Below, one piece after another: positions 27,659 through 37,086 of a DNA stretch of 64,000 nt. Numbering within the stretch: position 1 is the first letter of the stretch; each line of letters begins with the position of its first letter. The stretch comes from a virus (lineage: Duplodnaviria > Caudoviricetes), in the IMG/VR virus record IMGVR_UViG_3300033121_000493, positions 1 to 64,000 of that record. One strand, 5' to 3'. The translations under genes were made by a program, and so were the position numbers. The notes under the pieces are model-generated. The model saw nothing but the letters and a program-made list of their open reading frames with translations, was not told the origin of the DNA and ran no database searches.

Positions 27659-28089
27659 TACTTATTACCTGTTGCGCTGCTAGTTTGAGTTTCGATAACT
27701 GTACTCGCCTTAACGTACTTGCGTCCAACTACATACGCAGACTGCATAGCTAATGCGCCAAGTATTAGATTTTTAGTAGAGTCTGATAGCTGCAGATTGT
27801 ATGCACTGTCTGCCACTGTCAAACCTACCACACCAATCACAGTTACAAGAACACTGATAAATTCAGTAGACTTCCAGTTTGAGATAGGATTCATACCGCC
27901 CAACTTAGCCTGTAGCCAAGTATGCGCACTCACGTATACAGCCTGTAAGCCTACAGCGCCAAGCAGCGCCGTTTTGGTGTTGTCGTCAATGTGAATGCCA
28001 AAACCAAGTTCAGCCACAAGCAGACCTGCTACGAGCAGCCCGCCAAGCACCATTTGAAGAAACGCAGTTGTCTTTACGCCAGGAATCAT
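27658..28089 (-). CDS. Four-TM holin-like membrane protein built from a tandem duplication
   Basis: Halves KTTAF...TK..LLGA...QAVYV and KSTEF...TK.LILGA...QSAYV; AGGAG SD. Confidence 0.55.
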   Translation of the reverse strand: MIPGVKTTAFLQMVLGGLLVAGLLVAELGFGIHIDDNTKTALLGAVGLQAVYVSAHTWLQAKLGGMNPISNWKSTEFISVLVTVIGVVGLTVADSAYNLQLSDSTKNLILGALAMQSAYVVGRKYVKASTVIETQTSSATGNK

Positions 28090-28102
28090 TGGTTACATTC
28101 TC

Positions 28103-28201
28103 CTAATAATAAGTCGTGTACAGACAAACAACCAGAACTATGACAGTAAGTGTTACGTAGAATATGTTGCTTTCAAATATATCAAACTTCTGTTTATCCA
28201 T
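28103..28201 (-). CDS. 32-aa single-TM peptide (absent from the ORF track)
   Basis: Hand translation MDKQKFDIFESNIFYVTLTVIVLVVCLYTTYY; AGGTG SD; fills the gap. Confidence 0.55.
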   Translation of the reverse strand: MDKQKFDIFESNIFYVTLTVIVLVVCLYTTYY

Positions 28202-28210
28202 GTTTTGCAC

Positions 28211-30778
28211 CTATACGTCGAGCCAGTGACACTTGTCAGGTACAACTATATCACTGTCTACAGGCGAGACAGTTAGTTCTGCTGCCAGTGCTTCACCTCC
28301 ATATACGTATAGTCCAGGCGGTCCATCGGCAAACTGAGACGTAGATACTGATACACCATTCCACTCACTCTTGCCGACAACAGTATAGTCTGGCGACATA
28401 GCGTCTACATAAATGCGTTTGTGAGCTGTCTGCGACGACGAAGACAATTCAACAGCCGTAGGATCAATCCACGATTTTACTGAATACGGCGCTGGTCCAC
28501 TTACCTGTACAACTAGCCTGTGCCAGTTGTATGACCAGTCCGGATCTGTAATACCAGATATAGGTATCCAACTCTGGATTTGAAAGTTATGCCCTATATA
28601 GTGCATACCGTAAGAAATACGGCGGTTCAGTAAGTCAATCATTATAGCCCAGAACTTGTCTCCAGAATCTTCCTGCCAGCCTAGCATTAATCCAACTTTA
28701 GGGCTGCCACTGACATACCTAAACGCAGCAGATATCAAATAGTTGTTTACAACACTGTTCTCACATTTCAGTATTGCGTACTTGTGATCAACCGTGTTCA
28801 GAAATTGTAGATACTGGTGGGTATATACTAGTGAGCCGTTAACGTCAGCAGATACTTGTTTAGGTACTATTGCGTCTACACTACCAGCATATCTAAGTTG
28901 GTTAATCGCCCGCGTTACACCAAAATCATTAGACCACCCGTCGGCTGGTACGTAGTCTAATTTGTACGGTGCGCGGTTGTCAGTTGTAAAGTTATCGTCA
29001 TTGCACTCCTGCTCTACTAAATCTCCAGTTAAGGCAACGGACTTAAAGTACGCTGTAACAACTGGCATCGCAGCCACTGGTGCCGCAGTATTGTCTGTAC
29101 GTACGCCAAAGCCAATAAACGTTATGTTGGCAAAGTCAACCGGCTGGCCCGTGTACGCGCTGGTATCAAAACTAACCGTAGCCGTTGTACCATTGTAGCG
29201 CGCTACGATGTCATATAGGTCTGGGCCAGTTCCCGTTTTAGTTATTGTAATGCCTAATTGCTCTTGCAACTCAACAGCGCCGCTTGACGAGTGGTGCGTA
29301 GTAACTGAAGACGATTGCAACGTAAGCACATCGCCAAAGTAGCTGGTACTAATTGGGAAAGACGACCACGCACTTCCATATAGCACGTCAAACGACAACA
29401 CAACTTTAAATTGCCCGCTCTCTTCACGCGAGTAATTGGCACGTATACGCCATTTAGTTGTGTCTGCGTCTTCTGATTCTTTTGCAGATGCTTCCAGTAT
29501 TACGTTGTAACTAGCCGAATCACCATACTCTAATTGTTCTAAGTCTGTAATAAGTAAGTCGTAATACGTGTCCATACTTACAGAGTTACCAACTGCGGAC
29601 AAATCTGCTCTGTACTTATTGGACTTAAACAATCTAATGTTATCCGTTACGCTATTACGCGGAAACGGCACTTCAAACTGGCTGTTACGTAATTTCAGCG
29701 CTGTTGTACTATTGAATGCGTCTAGCGCCGTAACATTCCAGTTTTGTATGTACGTGCTGCCTGTACCGGCAAATGCAACCCAGTCATTTAACTCAAGAGC
29801 ATCGTCGAACATGTAAGTTTTACTTACAGGTACGCTTGACGACATACCAACCGCAGACGAGCTATACCCAACAGCAGATGAACTTGTGTGCGGCTGGGGT
29901 TCAGGGTGAGTTTGCGGATAACACAAATCGTCATACGTAGTTGGGAACGCGGCTGTCTTAGTACATATGTCATCAAAACTTACAGGCGTATCCAGCTGAA
30001 CACCAACCAACTCCGACGATACAATTTCAGTACTGCCTGTAATGATGCCAGAAGAGTCATCTACAATTAGTGTAATAATGCCATACAGGTCTGGATCTAC
30101 GTCATTTATTCTTCTTATTGGTTGGCGGTCACAAGTATTACTTTCAGGTCTATTACCGCATGGACCAGCAAACGTAGCGTACAGATCTGGCAAATTACTT
30201 TTAGCTAATCCAAACACTATACAGTCTTTTACAGTGCCCTCTATATTACGCTTCTCGTATGTGATTTCTATATTCTGACCACCCAGCAGCCCAACGTTGT
30301 TCACTAGCTTAGTTACTGCATTTGCTTTGCTTATAGATGAAACAGGCAATGACTCGTACGCTTGAGCTACTCGCGGTAATAGAGTGCTATTGCTTGCAGT
30401 ACTAAACAGCCACGTACTTACTGGTTGTGCAACGTTTGTTACATCGCCAAAGGCTACCCAGCCACTCGCACCAGGAACTATGGGAATAAGCGGATAGCTG
30501 GCATATTTAGTATACGGCCTAGTTACAGTGAACACGCCAATGGGCGTTACGTCATTTGTGTCCGAGACAGCGCATACGGTCAATGTTATGTAGTACTGAC
30601 TAATAGTCAGCGCGGATAGATAAGCCTTTTTTCCGTAATGATCTGGCCACCATATATGTATATCGTTAATTACAAACTCAGGCAATCTGTTTCCAGAGTC
30701 TGCAATTAAAGACGCTGTATCCACAAACGGATAAGCTCTTGTTTCGTTTAAGTTACCTGGCGTATTGTTTAAACTCAT
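28211..30778 (-). CDS. Fibre/baseplate paralog array member with C-terminal lectin-like domains
   Basis: NLNETRAYPF; VGLLGGQNIEI; IRRINDVDP..YG.I.L; SSSAVGYSSSAVGMSSS linker. Confidence 0.7.
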   Translation of the reverse strand: MSLNNTPGNLNETRAYPFVDTASLIADSGNRLPEFVINDIHIWWPDHYGKKAYLSALTISQYYITLTVCAVSDTNDVTPIGVFTVTRPYTKYASYPLIPIVPGASGWVAFGDVTNVAQPVSTWLFSTASNSTLLPRVAQAYESLPVSSISKANAVTKLVNNVGLLGGQNIEITYEKRNIEGTVKDCIVFGLAKSNLPDLYATFAGPCGNRPESNTCDRQPIRRINDVDPDLYGIITLIVDDSSGIITGSTEIVSSELVGVQLDTPVSFDDICTKTAAFPTTYDDLCYPQTHPEPQPHTSSSAVGYSSSAVGMSSSVPVSKTYMFDDALELNDWVAFAGTGSTYIQNWNVTALDAFNSTTALKLRNSQFEVPFPRNSVTDNIRLFKSNKYRADLSAVGNSVSMDTYYDLLITDLEQLEYGDSASYNVILEASAKESEDADTTKWRIRANYSREESGQFKVVLSFDVLYGSAWSSFPISTSYFGDVLTLQSSSVTTHHSSSGAVELQEQLGITITKTGTGPDLYDIVARYNGTTATVSFDTSAYTGQPVDFANITFIGFGVRTDNTAAPVAAMPVVTAYFKSVALTGDLVEQECNDDNFTTDNRAPYKLDYVPADGWSNDFGVTRAINQLRYAGSVDAIVPKQVSADVNGSLVYTHQYLQFLNTVDHKYAILKCENSVVNNYLISAAFRYVSGSPKVGLMLGWQEDSGDKFWAIMIDLLNRRISYGMHYIGHNFQIQSWIPISGITDPDWSYNWHRLVVQVSGPAPYSVKSWIDPTAVELSSSSQTAHKRIYVDAMSPDYTVVGKSEWNGVSVSTSQFADGPPGLYVYGGEALAAELTVSPVDSDIVVPDKCHWLDV

Positions 30779-32154
30779 GGTTTGACCGTGTTAGATTTAA
30801 GCTGAGCGCTACTCACTATAGTGTGCGACGTGTCACCACAGCCAGTCACTGTAACAGTAATAGGCACCGTAGCGCCATCTACTCTAGCGTCGCTGGGGTG
30901 CATTCTAACAGCCATAACAAATAATTTGTAACTACCAGCGCTGGTACCAGAGTTATCACTCATCAAAAACACTCTTGACGATATCTGGTTTGGGTTTAAT
31001 TGCTGGTAATTGTCTTGCTCATTATATAACATGCCAGAGCCAGGTACGTACATAGGATTAAATCCAGTACCAAACTCTACACGTACTGACGCCCCAGTGT
31101 TCGCACAGTTAGCTGCATTACCTACCCACACCTGTACACTTACAAGCCAACCAGTAAAAGAATACACAAAAGCCTGGGCTTGGCATCCGTCACCAATGCA
31201 CGCTAACCGCTCTTGCCATATAGCGTTAATTTCGTTGTATATGGATATGACGCTATTAAGTAGTCCTTTAGTAGATAGCCCCTCATCTTTTAAAGCGCGT
31301 ATACCGTTTAGGATACTTACGTGCTCATCGCAAGAACAGCACGCTTCACAGTCATTACCTAGCTGCAAAGCATTGTCTACGGGCACATTAGAGTTATCAA
31401 CAGGCGTTGTGACTCTGTAGCATGAATCACCAGCTAGTACAAATCTACCTCGTGTTGTTTCTACTTTGTTAATACGCACTATTTCGTCAGTTGTATTAGC
31501 ACAACCACCTGTATCGGCTTTGCCAGCACCAAGCCCAGGACTAGCTGTAATAACAATTTGTTTTGCCTGCGGTCGCACTTTGCTACGTTTAAGATTTAAA
31601 GCGCGCGTAAACGCCGTGTCGGGGTTAACCGCCAATCCCACGTTAAACCCTTCTTCTAATCCAAACGCTTGATCTGTTGTGGCGACTGTTACATTGCCCG
31701 GCGTTTTTACTTTGGTTACCCGCTTAGGTTGTCTATCCAACACTCTAGGTGAAAACAAAGCCGGTCGGTCAAACACAAGAGTGGATGTAGAGCCATATAG
31801 TGGATGGTCTGCCCATCGTAACATTACAACCAGAACTAAATCATAAGTTGTATTAACCCACTTTATAGTTCTGTAATTACCTGTTGATGTATCTTGCGTG
31901 GGCGTTACTACTATTTCCTGTGCAGAGTAAACGTTCTTCAGTGTTACGGCTACTGTGCTTAAATTCAACTGCTTTATATACCACGAATCATTAACATCGT
32001 TTGAAGCTAGCAACGCGGCATATGTCAGATACGCGTCTACAAAAAAATTCTTAGCTAAGTGCTCAGTAGTATCACCTGTAATTAACAAATCACTATCCAT
32101 GAATGGATATGAGTTGTTTCTATTTGCTTCAAGCCAATCTATTCCAATTGCCAT
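30775..32154 (-). CDS. Fibre/baseplate paralog array member
   Basis: DWLEANRNNSYPF; LEEGFNV; IVRINKV...G.F.L; NDCEACCSC followed by coiled coil. Confidence 0.7.
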   Translation of the reverse strand: MAIGIDWLEANRNNSYPFMDSDLLITGDTTEHLAKNFFVDAYLTYAALLASNDVNDSWYIKQLNLSTVAVTLKNVYSAQEIVVTPTQDTSTGNYRTIKWVNTTYDLVLVVMLRWADHPLYGSTSTLVFDRPALFSPRVLDRQPKRVTKVKTPGNVTVATTDQAFGLEEGFNVGLAVNPDTAFTRALNLKRSKVRPQAKQIVITASPGLGAGKADTGGCANTTDEIVRINKVETTRGRFVLAGDSCYRVTTPVDNSNVPVDNALQLGNDCEACCSCDEHVSILNGIRALKDEGLSTKGLLNSVISIYNEINAIWQERLACIGDGCQAQAFVYSFTGWLVSVQVWVGNAANCANTGASVRVEFGTGFNPMYVPGSGMLYNEQDNYQQLNPNQISSRVFLMSDNSGTSAGSYKLFVMAVRMHPSDARVDGATVPITVTVTGCGDTSHTIVSSAQLKSNTVKP

Positions 32155-32164
32155 ATGGAGCTCA

Positions 32165-33088
32165 TTAGTTACATGGAACGATAGTACCAATCTTAGAAGT
32201 AAGGATAACGTCTCTAAGCTGCTGAACAGTACCTAGCAGAGCCTCAGCTTGCGCACGCTGTGTAGCGGATTGCGCACCAAGCCTATTGAGCTCTTGGCGT
32301 AGTACGTCTGTCTCAGCGCAGCCACAGCACGGTTCAGCACAAGTGTCAGTTAGTTTCAGACCATTAGTAATGGCCTCTATAGTTAAACAACCTTCGTCGG
32401 CAAGAGTAAAGTTGCCCGCATTATCAGGCGGTACGTTATTTATGGTTTTGATACACGGTGCCGGAGAAGCATCTGGACAATTACACCCAACTTCAAAATC
32501 AGGATTACTAACAGCGGATATCTTAATCTTGTTTGGCGATCCGCTTATTACTTCAAACTGTATATTAGCGCCAGGTATGAGCTCTATATCGCCTTGTAGA
32601 TAATCACTGAATTCGCCATCTGCGTTGACTACTCTAACCGACGTTACACCACGTAGACTAGGGCGCATGACTGTTGGGAGCAATCTTGCGTTAGCTGTAG
32701 AGAACGTATAAGCGCCGCCGTACTTTTTGATATTGGCTAGATTGCCGATTGATATACGCCCCACACTATCAGCAAAATCACCGCGCCCTTCAATATAGTA
32801 AGTAGCGTATGGCGTATGTTCTGCATCTGTAATTGTCCTAGTTGCTATGGCCGTTCCGTTATACCCTATAGTAATAATAACGCCGCTATTGAACACTGTG
32901 ATTTGCTGTACGTGAAACAGCGTAACATCGTACGACAAAGCGTGCACGGGAAATATCAAATCAACAATTAGGTCGTTAGGTATTGTCATAGTACCAGAAG
33001 CATCCACCAATGACGCTTCGTCAAAGAATGGATACTTTCTGTTACTATTTTCATTTAGCCAGTCATCGTGGATGATTGTGTTGGCCAT
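32165..33088 (-). CDS. Fibre/baseplate paralog array member
   Basis: DWLNENSNRKYPF; GDIELIPGANI; CIKTINNVPPDNAGNFTL; DTCAEPCCGC followed by coiled coil. Confidence 0.7.
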   Translation of the reverse strand: MANTIIHDDWLNENSNRKYPFFDEASLVDASGTMTIPNDLIVDLIFPVHALSYDVTLFHVQQITVFNSGVIITIGYNGTAIATRTITDAEHTPYATYYIEGRGDFADSVGRISIGNLANIKKYGGAYTFSTANARLLPTVMRPSLRGVTSVRVVNADGEFSDYLQGDIELIPGANIQFEVISGSPNKIKISAVSNPDFEVGCNCPDASPAPCIKTINNVPPDNAGNFTLADEGCLTIEAITNGLKLTDTCAEPCCGCAETDVLRQELNRLGAQSATQRAQAEALLGTVQQLRDVILTSKIGTIVPCN

Positions 33089-33089
33089 G

Positions 33090-34868
33090 TTAGCTCGCTC
33101 GTATTGTTCCGTATATGTTCACAATAGCCAACTCGCCAGCGTAGGAGTCTGAAGCACTTCTACCAATCTTAGCTAATACAATCTGGTTGCTATCAATACT
33201 TATGGTACTAGCCAGCACAGAGAAGTATGCTCCAGCGTCTTTTGCACCTAGCGTTTCCAAAGACAGATTTTCGTTGGAGCTCCAAGACGTTGGTAGTATG
33301 CGATCACCACCGCTGGACGACGACAGCCCATCAGCCGAGTCAATAATCATGTTGGCTATATATGTGTTTGCTGGTGGCGTGCCTGCGCCTGGAGTTGCAA
33401 CCCATAGAACTATATCCAGCACTGGGTTTGGAATCGATATATCAGGTATTCTAAATTTGACTGTGAAAGAAGTATTTCTTCCTTTTGGCAACCCGATATA
33501 CGGCAGAGCATACGCATACAGACTTTCAGTAGCCCCATCCAGCGCTACAACTTCTGGACTGATTTTTCTTGTTACTGCTGTAGGATCAACGCCAGTAACA
33601 GTAACTCTTCCAGCTTTATAGCCGGACGTAAGACTACGCGTACCAGTTACTTCAATAAGTCCATCGCCTTTAATACCCTCTACAACATAGCCGCGCTGTA
33701 ATGCGGAATTACCAGTCACGCTTTTTACTACAGCGTCGCCTTCATTGTTTTCAGCGTTAGTCCAGTTAAGGTCTAGATCAAGCGTAACACGTGATGCGCA
33801 ATAGCCACTAACGTCAGGATCTGTACAACCAGTAACAACAATTGGAGAATCCGTCGCTGGACGAATACCAGTCACGGCCGCTTGACTAGTCTTGGCTACC
33901 ATTTTGGTAAACCATATAGTCATTGTTCTTGCTATATCAGGGCAGTTAGCCACAGAGGACGAATCGTACGGTAGCGCGCTAGAGCTGCCACAAGACGTTC
34001 TCCACGGCGTGTGATCAATACAACTGGACAACCACCATATACCGTTTTCATCTACAAGCATTAGTTCTGGCGAGACGCCAACACCATTGAGCTCTACGTA
34101 TGCTGAGCCAACCGGCTGTGGTGGCCACACAGAAGCCAACGTTGCGTCTTTAGTCCAGTTGTAGCCGAACACTGCACCTCTAGGAGCTAAGCTTTGGAAT
34201 ATGGAATCATTAGCAGGTAGCCAGCCAAGTTTAGTGTTGTCTGCGTTAGAAATAGTAACCGTATCGCCCACACAAGCAGTATCACCTGCAGGGTTGGTCG
34301 CTAGATCAAACTTGTAATGGATATGTTCTTCCAGTACTTCACGTGGCGTAGGGGATACAAAGACGTCTGTTCCCATAACGGCGCAGACGTATATACCTAC
34401 GGCTGGTCTGCTCTTCGTTAGCTTACCCGCGTGCGTAGACGACAAGTAATAGTGGCCTGCTGTTAATGGGGTATTGGATTCGTCGTTAATCGTCAGGTTT
34501 CTAAAGAACCCATTAACCAATATATCTGCCGTGGATGTCGACAGTTTGCGTATGACAATACCACGTACGTACGCAGAATCTGCCGTACGCAGTTGACCCG
34601 TGTCGGAATCTACAGCCGACGCTATGGCTTGCTTGTACAGCTCTTTACTGAAATTCCAGTAAACCGCGTCACCAACATTGACAGCAGAGTCAATAGGTGC
34701 AGCGTAGACAACAACGCCCTCACCACGCGCATCGTTGTCTAGCCGTTCTTTCAGATACTCTGTACGTTCAGCCAACTCCTGTAGTGGCTTGTTAGTAACA
34801 ATAGCATCTACGGAGTCTGTTACATTTTTGATTAACGTTATATGTTTTCGCCAGTTAGCGCTCATCAT
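33090..34868 (-). CDS. Tail fibre-like protein
   Basis: NKPLQELAERTEYLK fibre N-terminal motif; VGDAVY...GIV...YYLS...G.LT..RP beta module. Confidence 0.65.
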   Translation of the reverse strand: MMSANWRKHITLIKNVTDSVDAIVTNKPLQELAERTEYLKERLDNDARGEGVVVYAAPIDSAVNVGDAVYWNFSKELYKQAIASAVDSDTGQLRTADSAYVRGIVIRKLSTSTADILVNGFFRNLTINDESNTPLTAGHYYLSSTHAGKLTKSRPAVGIYVCAVMGTDVFVSPTPREVLEEHIHYKFDLATNPAGDTACVGDTVTISNADNTKLGWLPANDSIFQSLAPRGAVFGYNWTKDATLASVWPPQPVGSAYVELNGVGVSPELMLVDENGIWWLSSCIDHTPWRTSCGSSSALPYDSSSVANCPDIARTMTIWFTKMVAKTSQAAVTGIRPATDSPIVVTGCTDPDVSGYCASRVTLDLDLNWTNAENNEGDAVVKSVTGNSALQRGYVVEGIKGDGLIEVTGTRSLTSGYKAGRVTVTGVDPTAVTRKISPEVVALDGATESLYAYALPYIGLPKGRNTSFTVKFRIPDISIPNPVLDIVLWVATPGAGTPPANTYIANMIIDSADGLSSSSGGDRILPTSWSSNENLSLETLGAKDAGAYFSVLASTISIDSNQIVLAKIGRSASDSYAGELAIVNIYGTIRAS

Positions 34869-34872
34869 TCAC

Positions 34873-35400
34873 CTAGTTGCTGAATTGTGTCTGCCACCGC
34901 ATTGCGATTCCACTAGCTGAAACGTCTTGTGGAGATCCAGGCGCAAAGGACGCGTACAACATATCCTTTGTATGATCATCCCAGTCTGGCGCTACTACCA
35001 AACCAAGTTTTTCAACATACGACGAATCGGAGAATGCAAGGTCGGACACAACGCCCGTCAACCCAACAGTAGCTATACAGTCAAACGAAGCTTTGTTTGT
35101 CGTAAAGTTAGCGCCACTAGATCCTGTAGTGCCGCCACGCATCTTTACACGCAAAAAATCTACAGTTCCATTAAGCGACAGATAGTCAGCCGCTGTATCC
35201 GTCAGTGCCGCAGTTCTCGCTACGCCTGCGCCGTCATTATTGAATTGGAAGTAGACGCAATTAATGCCACCCGCCAATTCGCCTGCTAGAATTTTACCTA
35301 GCGCGTCATAGCCTTCATACGTAACAAGATTGTGGCCCACAAGAAACGGCATTAAATCTTCTGGGCGGTATAGCTCAACTGTTCCTATGATTTTACTCAT
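34873..35400 (-). CDS. Putative baseplate wedge/fibre-attachment protein
   Basis: HNLVT.EG...L..ILAG motif; synteny downstream of J. Confidence 0.5.
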   Translation of the reverse strand: MSKIIGTVELYRPEDLMPFLVGHNLVTYEGYDALGKILAGELAGGINCVYFQFNNDGAGVARTAALTDTAADYLSLNGTVDFLRVKMRGGTTGSSGANFTTNKASFDCIATVGLTGVVSDLAFSDSSYVEKLGLVVAPDWDDHTKDMLYASFAPGSPQDVSASGIAMRWQTQFSN

Positions 35401-35408
35401 TGCATCCT

Positions 35409-37085
35409 CTATGAGCAGTCGTTAATCGAGAATATGATTGCGCCACCATCCGTAGCCGCTACAGTTTCAAGTCTGTTCCCAGCAATAGGGAAAGTGGTTA
35501 CGGTAGTTGTTGTAGCGAGCGGTAACGTCTCTTCTGCTTCCATATCAATAATAACCAGCAATAACTTATCAGGCTGGTAGACGCGGCGTACTACATCTAA
35601 GAACGTTAATCCCACAGCATCATGGCTAAATTTAGACGTACGCAAATGCAACACTACTGTATTGTTACGTAAAAACGCGTCTATTACAAATCCGGCCGGA
35701 TTAATTTTAGATAGTCCAGTGCCGTATAACTCTAGCCATGTTTTAGTAAGTACACCGTTTGTATGCACGTTAGTCCAGAATTTGTCTATGTCTTCTTGAG
35801 CTCCGTACACCTCGGTTATGGTGCCTTTAAGCCGTCCACTGGCATCCATCGTAGAAGTAATATTGCCCTCTATGTTAGCGTATAGCAATGATCCAGTGTA
35901 ACCATCGCCTAACAGGGACTTAGGTAAAACCATAGCACGTAACAGCGGACGCCCACTAGACTTAGGATACATCTTTGCCGTAGCGCGGTACGTAGCGTGT
36001 ACGTTAGCAGCGCCAGCCGATGAGCTATCTTGTGTGATATCACTATCCAACAGCAAACTTGTTACCAGGCTCTCTGCGTCTTTGTTATTTGCCAAATCAA
36101 ACACGCGCACAGTGTCTACCAATACATCGCCAGCAAATACTTCCTGCCCTACAACAACAGACGCTACAGCGTTCACAGGATAAATATAGCTATGTGAATT
36201 AGTAACTATGACTAGTCTGTCATTGTGTTTAAGAATTTTTTCTACTGTCTCTTTAGCGTCGACAACTACAGGAAGACCGGCAGCTGCAGCTGCAACCAGC
36301 AGTAAATCCCTATTGGACAAACCACCGACTATGCCGTTAAGCATAGCGTTGACCATACTTTTGTAGCTATCCGACGACCTTAGTCTTTTCCTGATAGCAA
36401 AAGCATAATGCTGGTATATGTACTCCCAGTCTTCCTGTGTGTTGTAGGCCCATAAAACGCATTCTCTATCAATTACTTTCCCGTTGCTGTCTACTACGTT
36501 TCTTAAAGGCACCCTCGTATCTGAAAACGGATTTAATCTCAGCGTTAGTAAATGGTCGCTGATACTGAAGTCTGTCCCCTGCACCAGGGTTAGGCTTGGT
36601 GCTAATATGTTGTTCATTAGCACGCTTACATTCTGTATCTCGTCTATCTTTACTGTGTGCAGCGAACTTTTTATCGGAACGCCATACCGATATCCTTCGC
36701 CGTATGTCGCGAACCCATCGTATTTCAGTATTGCCGGACCACTTGTGTTCATCGTACTTTCGCGGATTACAAGCGCGTACCAAACTCTTCGATGACTCAC
36801 CGGAACTGAAAAACGATTTACGCACGATACTGCCTCCAAATAATCAAGGTACGTCTGGACAGATAGCAACGCGCTACCTTCTATAAACGCTTCCAAGATA
36901 TCTTTAGATGAGAATTGCTGAGACCAGAAAGATCCTAGAGCGTAGACTACAGCTCTGGCAGTGTGGTCAGCCGGAGGACTTGTAAAATACAATTCATCAT
37001 TAAGCTCCGTAAATCCATCAGGCACCACAACAGCGCCAGAGGCTGATTTATCCAACGGTATCAGAGTATCAGATGCAAAAGACAA
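35409..37085 (-). CDS. Putative baseplate wedge protein (I-like position)
   Basis: Directly downstream of J; synteny only. Confidence 0.5.
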   Translation of the reverse strand: MSFASDTLIPLDKSASGAVVVPDGFTELNDELYFTSPPADHTARAVVYALGSFWSQQFSSKDILEAFIEGSALLSVQTYLDYLEAVSCVNRFSVPVSHRRVWYALVIRESTMNTSGPAILKYDGFATYGEGYRYGVPIKSSLHTVKIDEIQNVSVLMNNILAPSLTLVQGTDFSISDHLLTLRLNPFSDTRVPLRNVVDSNGKVIDRECVLWAYNTQEDWEYIYQHYAFAIRKRLRSSDSYKSMVNAMLNGIVGGLSNRDLLLVAAAAAGLPVVVDAKETVEKILKHNDRLVIVTNSHSYIYPVNAVASVVVGQEVFAGDVLVDTVRVFDLANNKDAESLVTSLLLDSDITQDSSSAGAANVHATYRATAKMYPKSSGRPLLRAMVLPKSLLGDGYTGSLLYANIEGNITSTMDASGRLKGTITEVYGAQEDIDKFWTNVHTNGVLTKTWLELYGTGLSKINPAGFVIDAFLRNNTVVLHLRTSKFSHDAVGLTFLDVVRRVYQPDKLLLVIIDMEAEETLPLATTTTVTTFPIAGNRLETVAATDGGAIIFSINDCS

Positions 37086-37086
37086 A

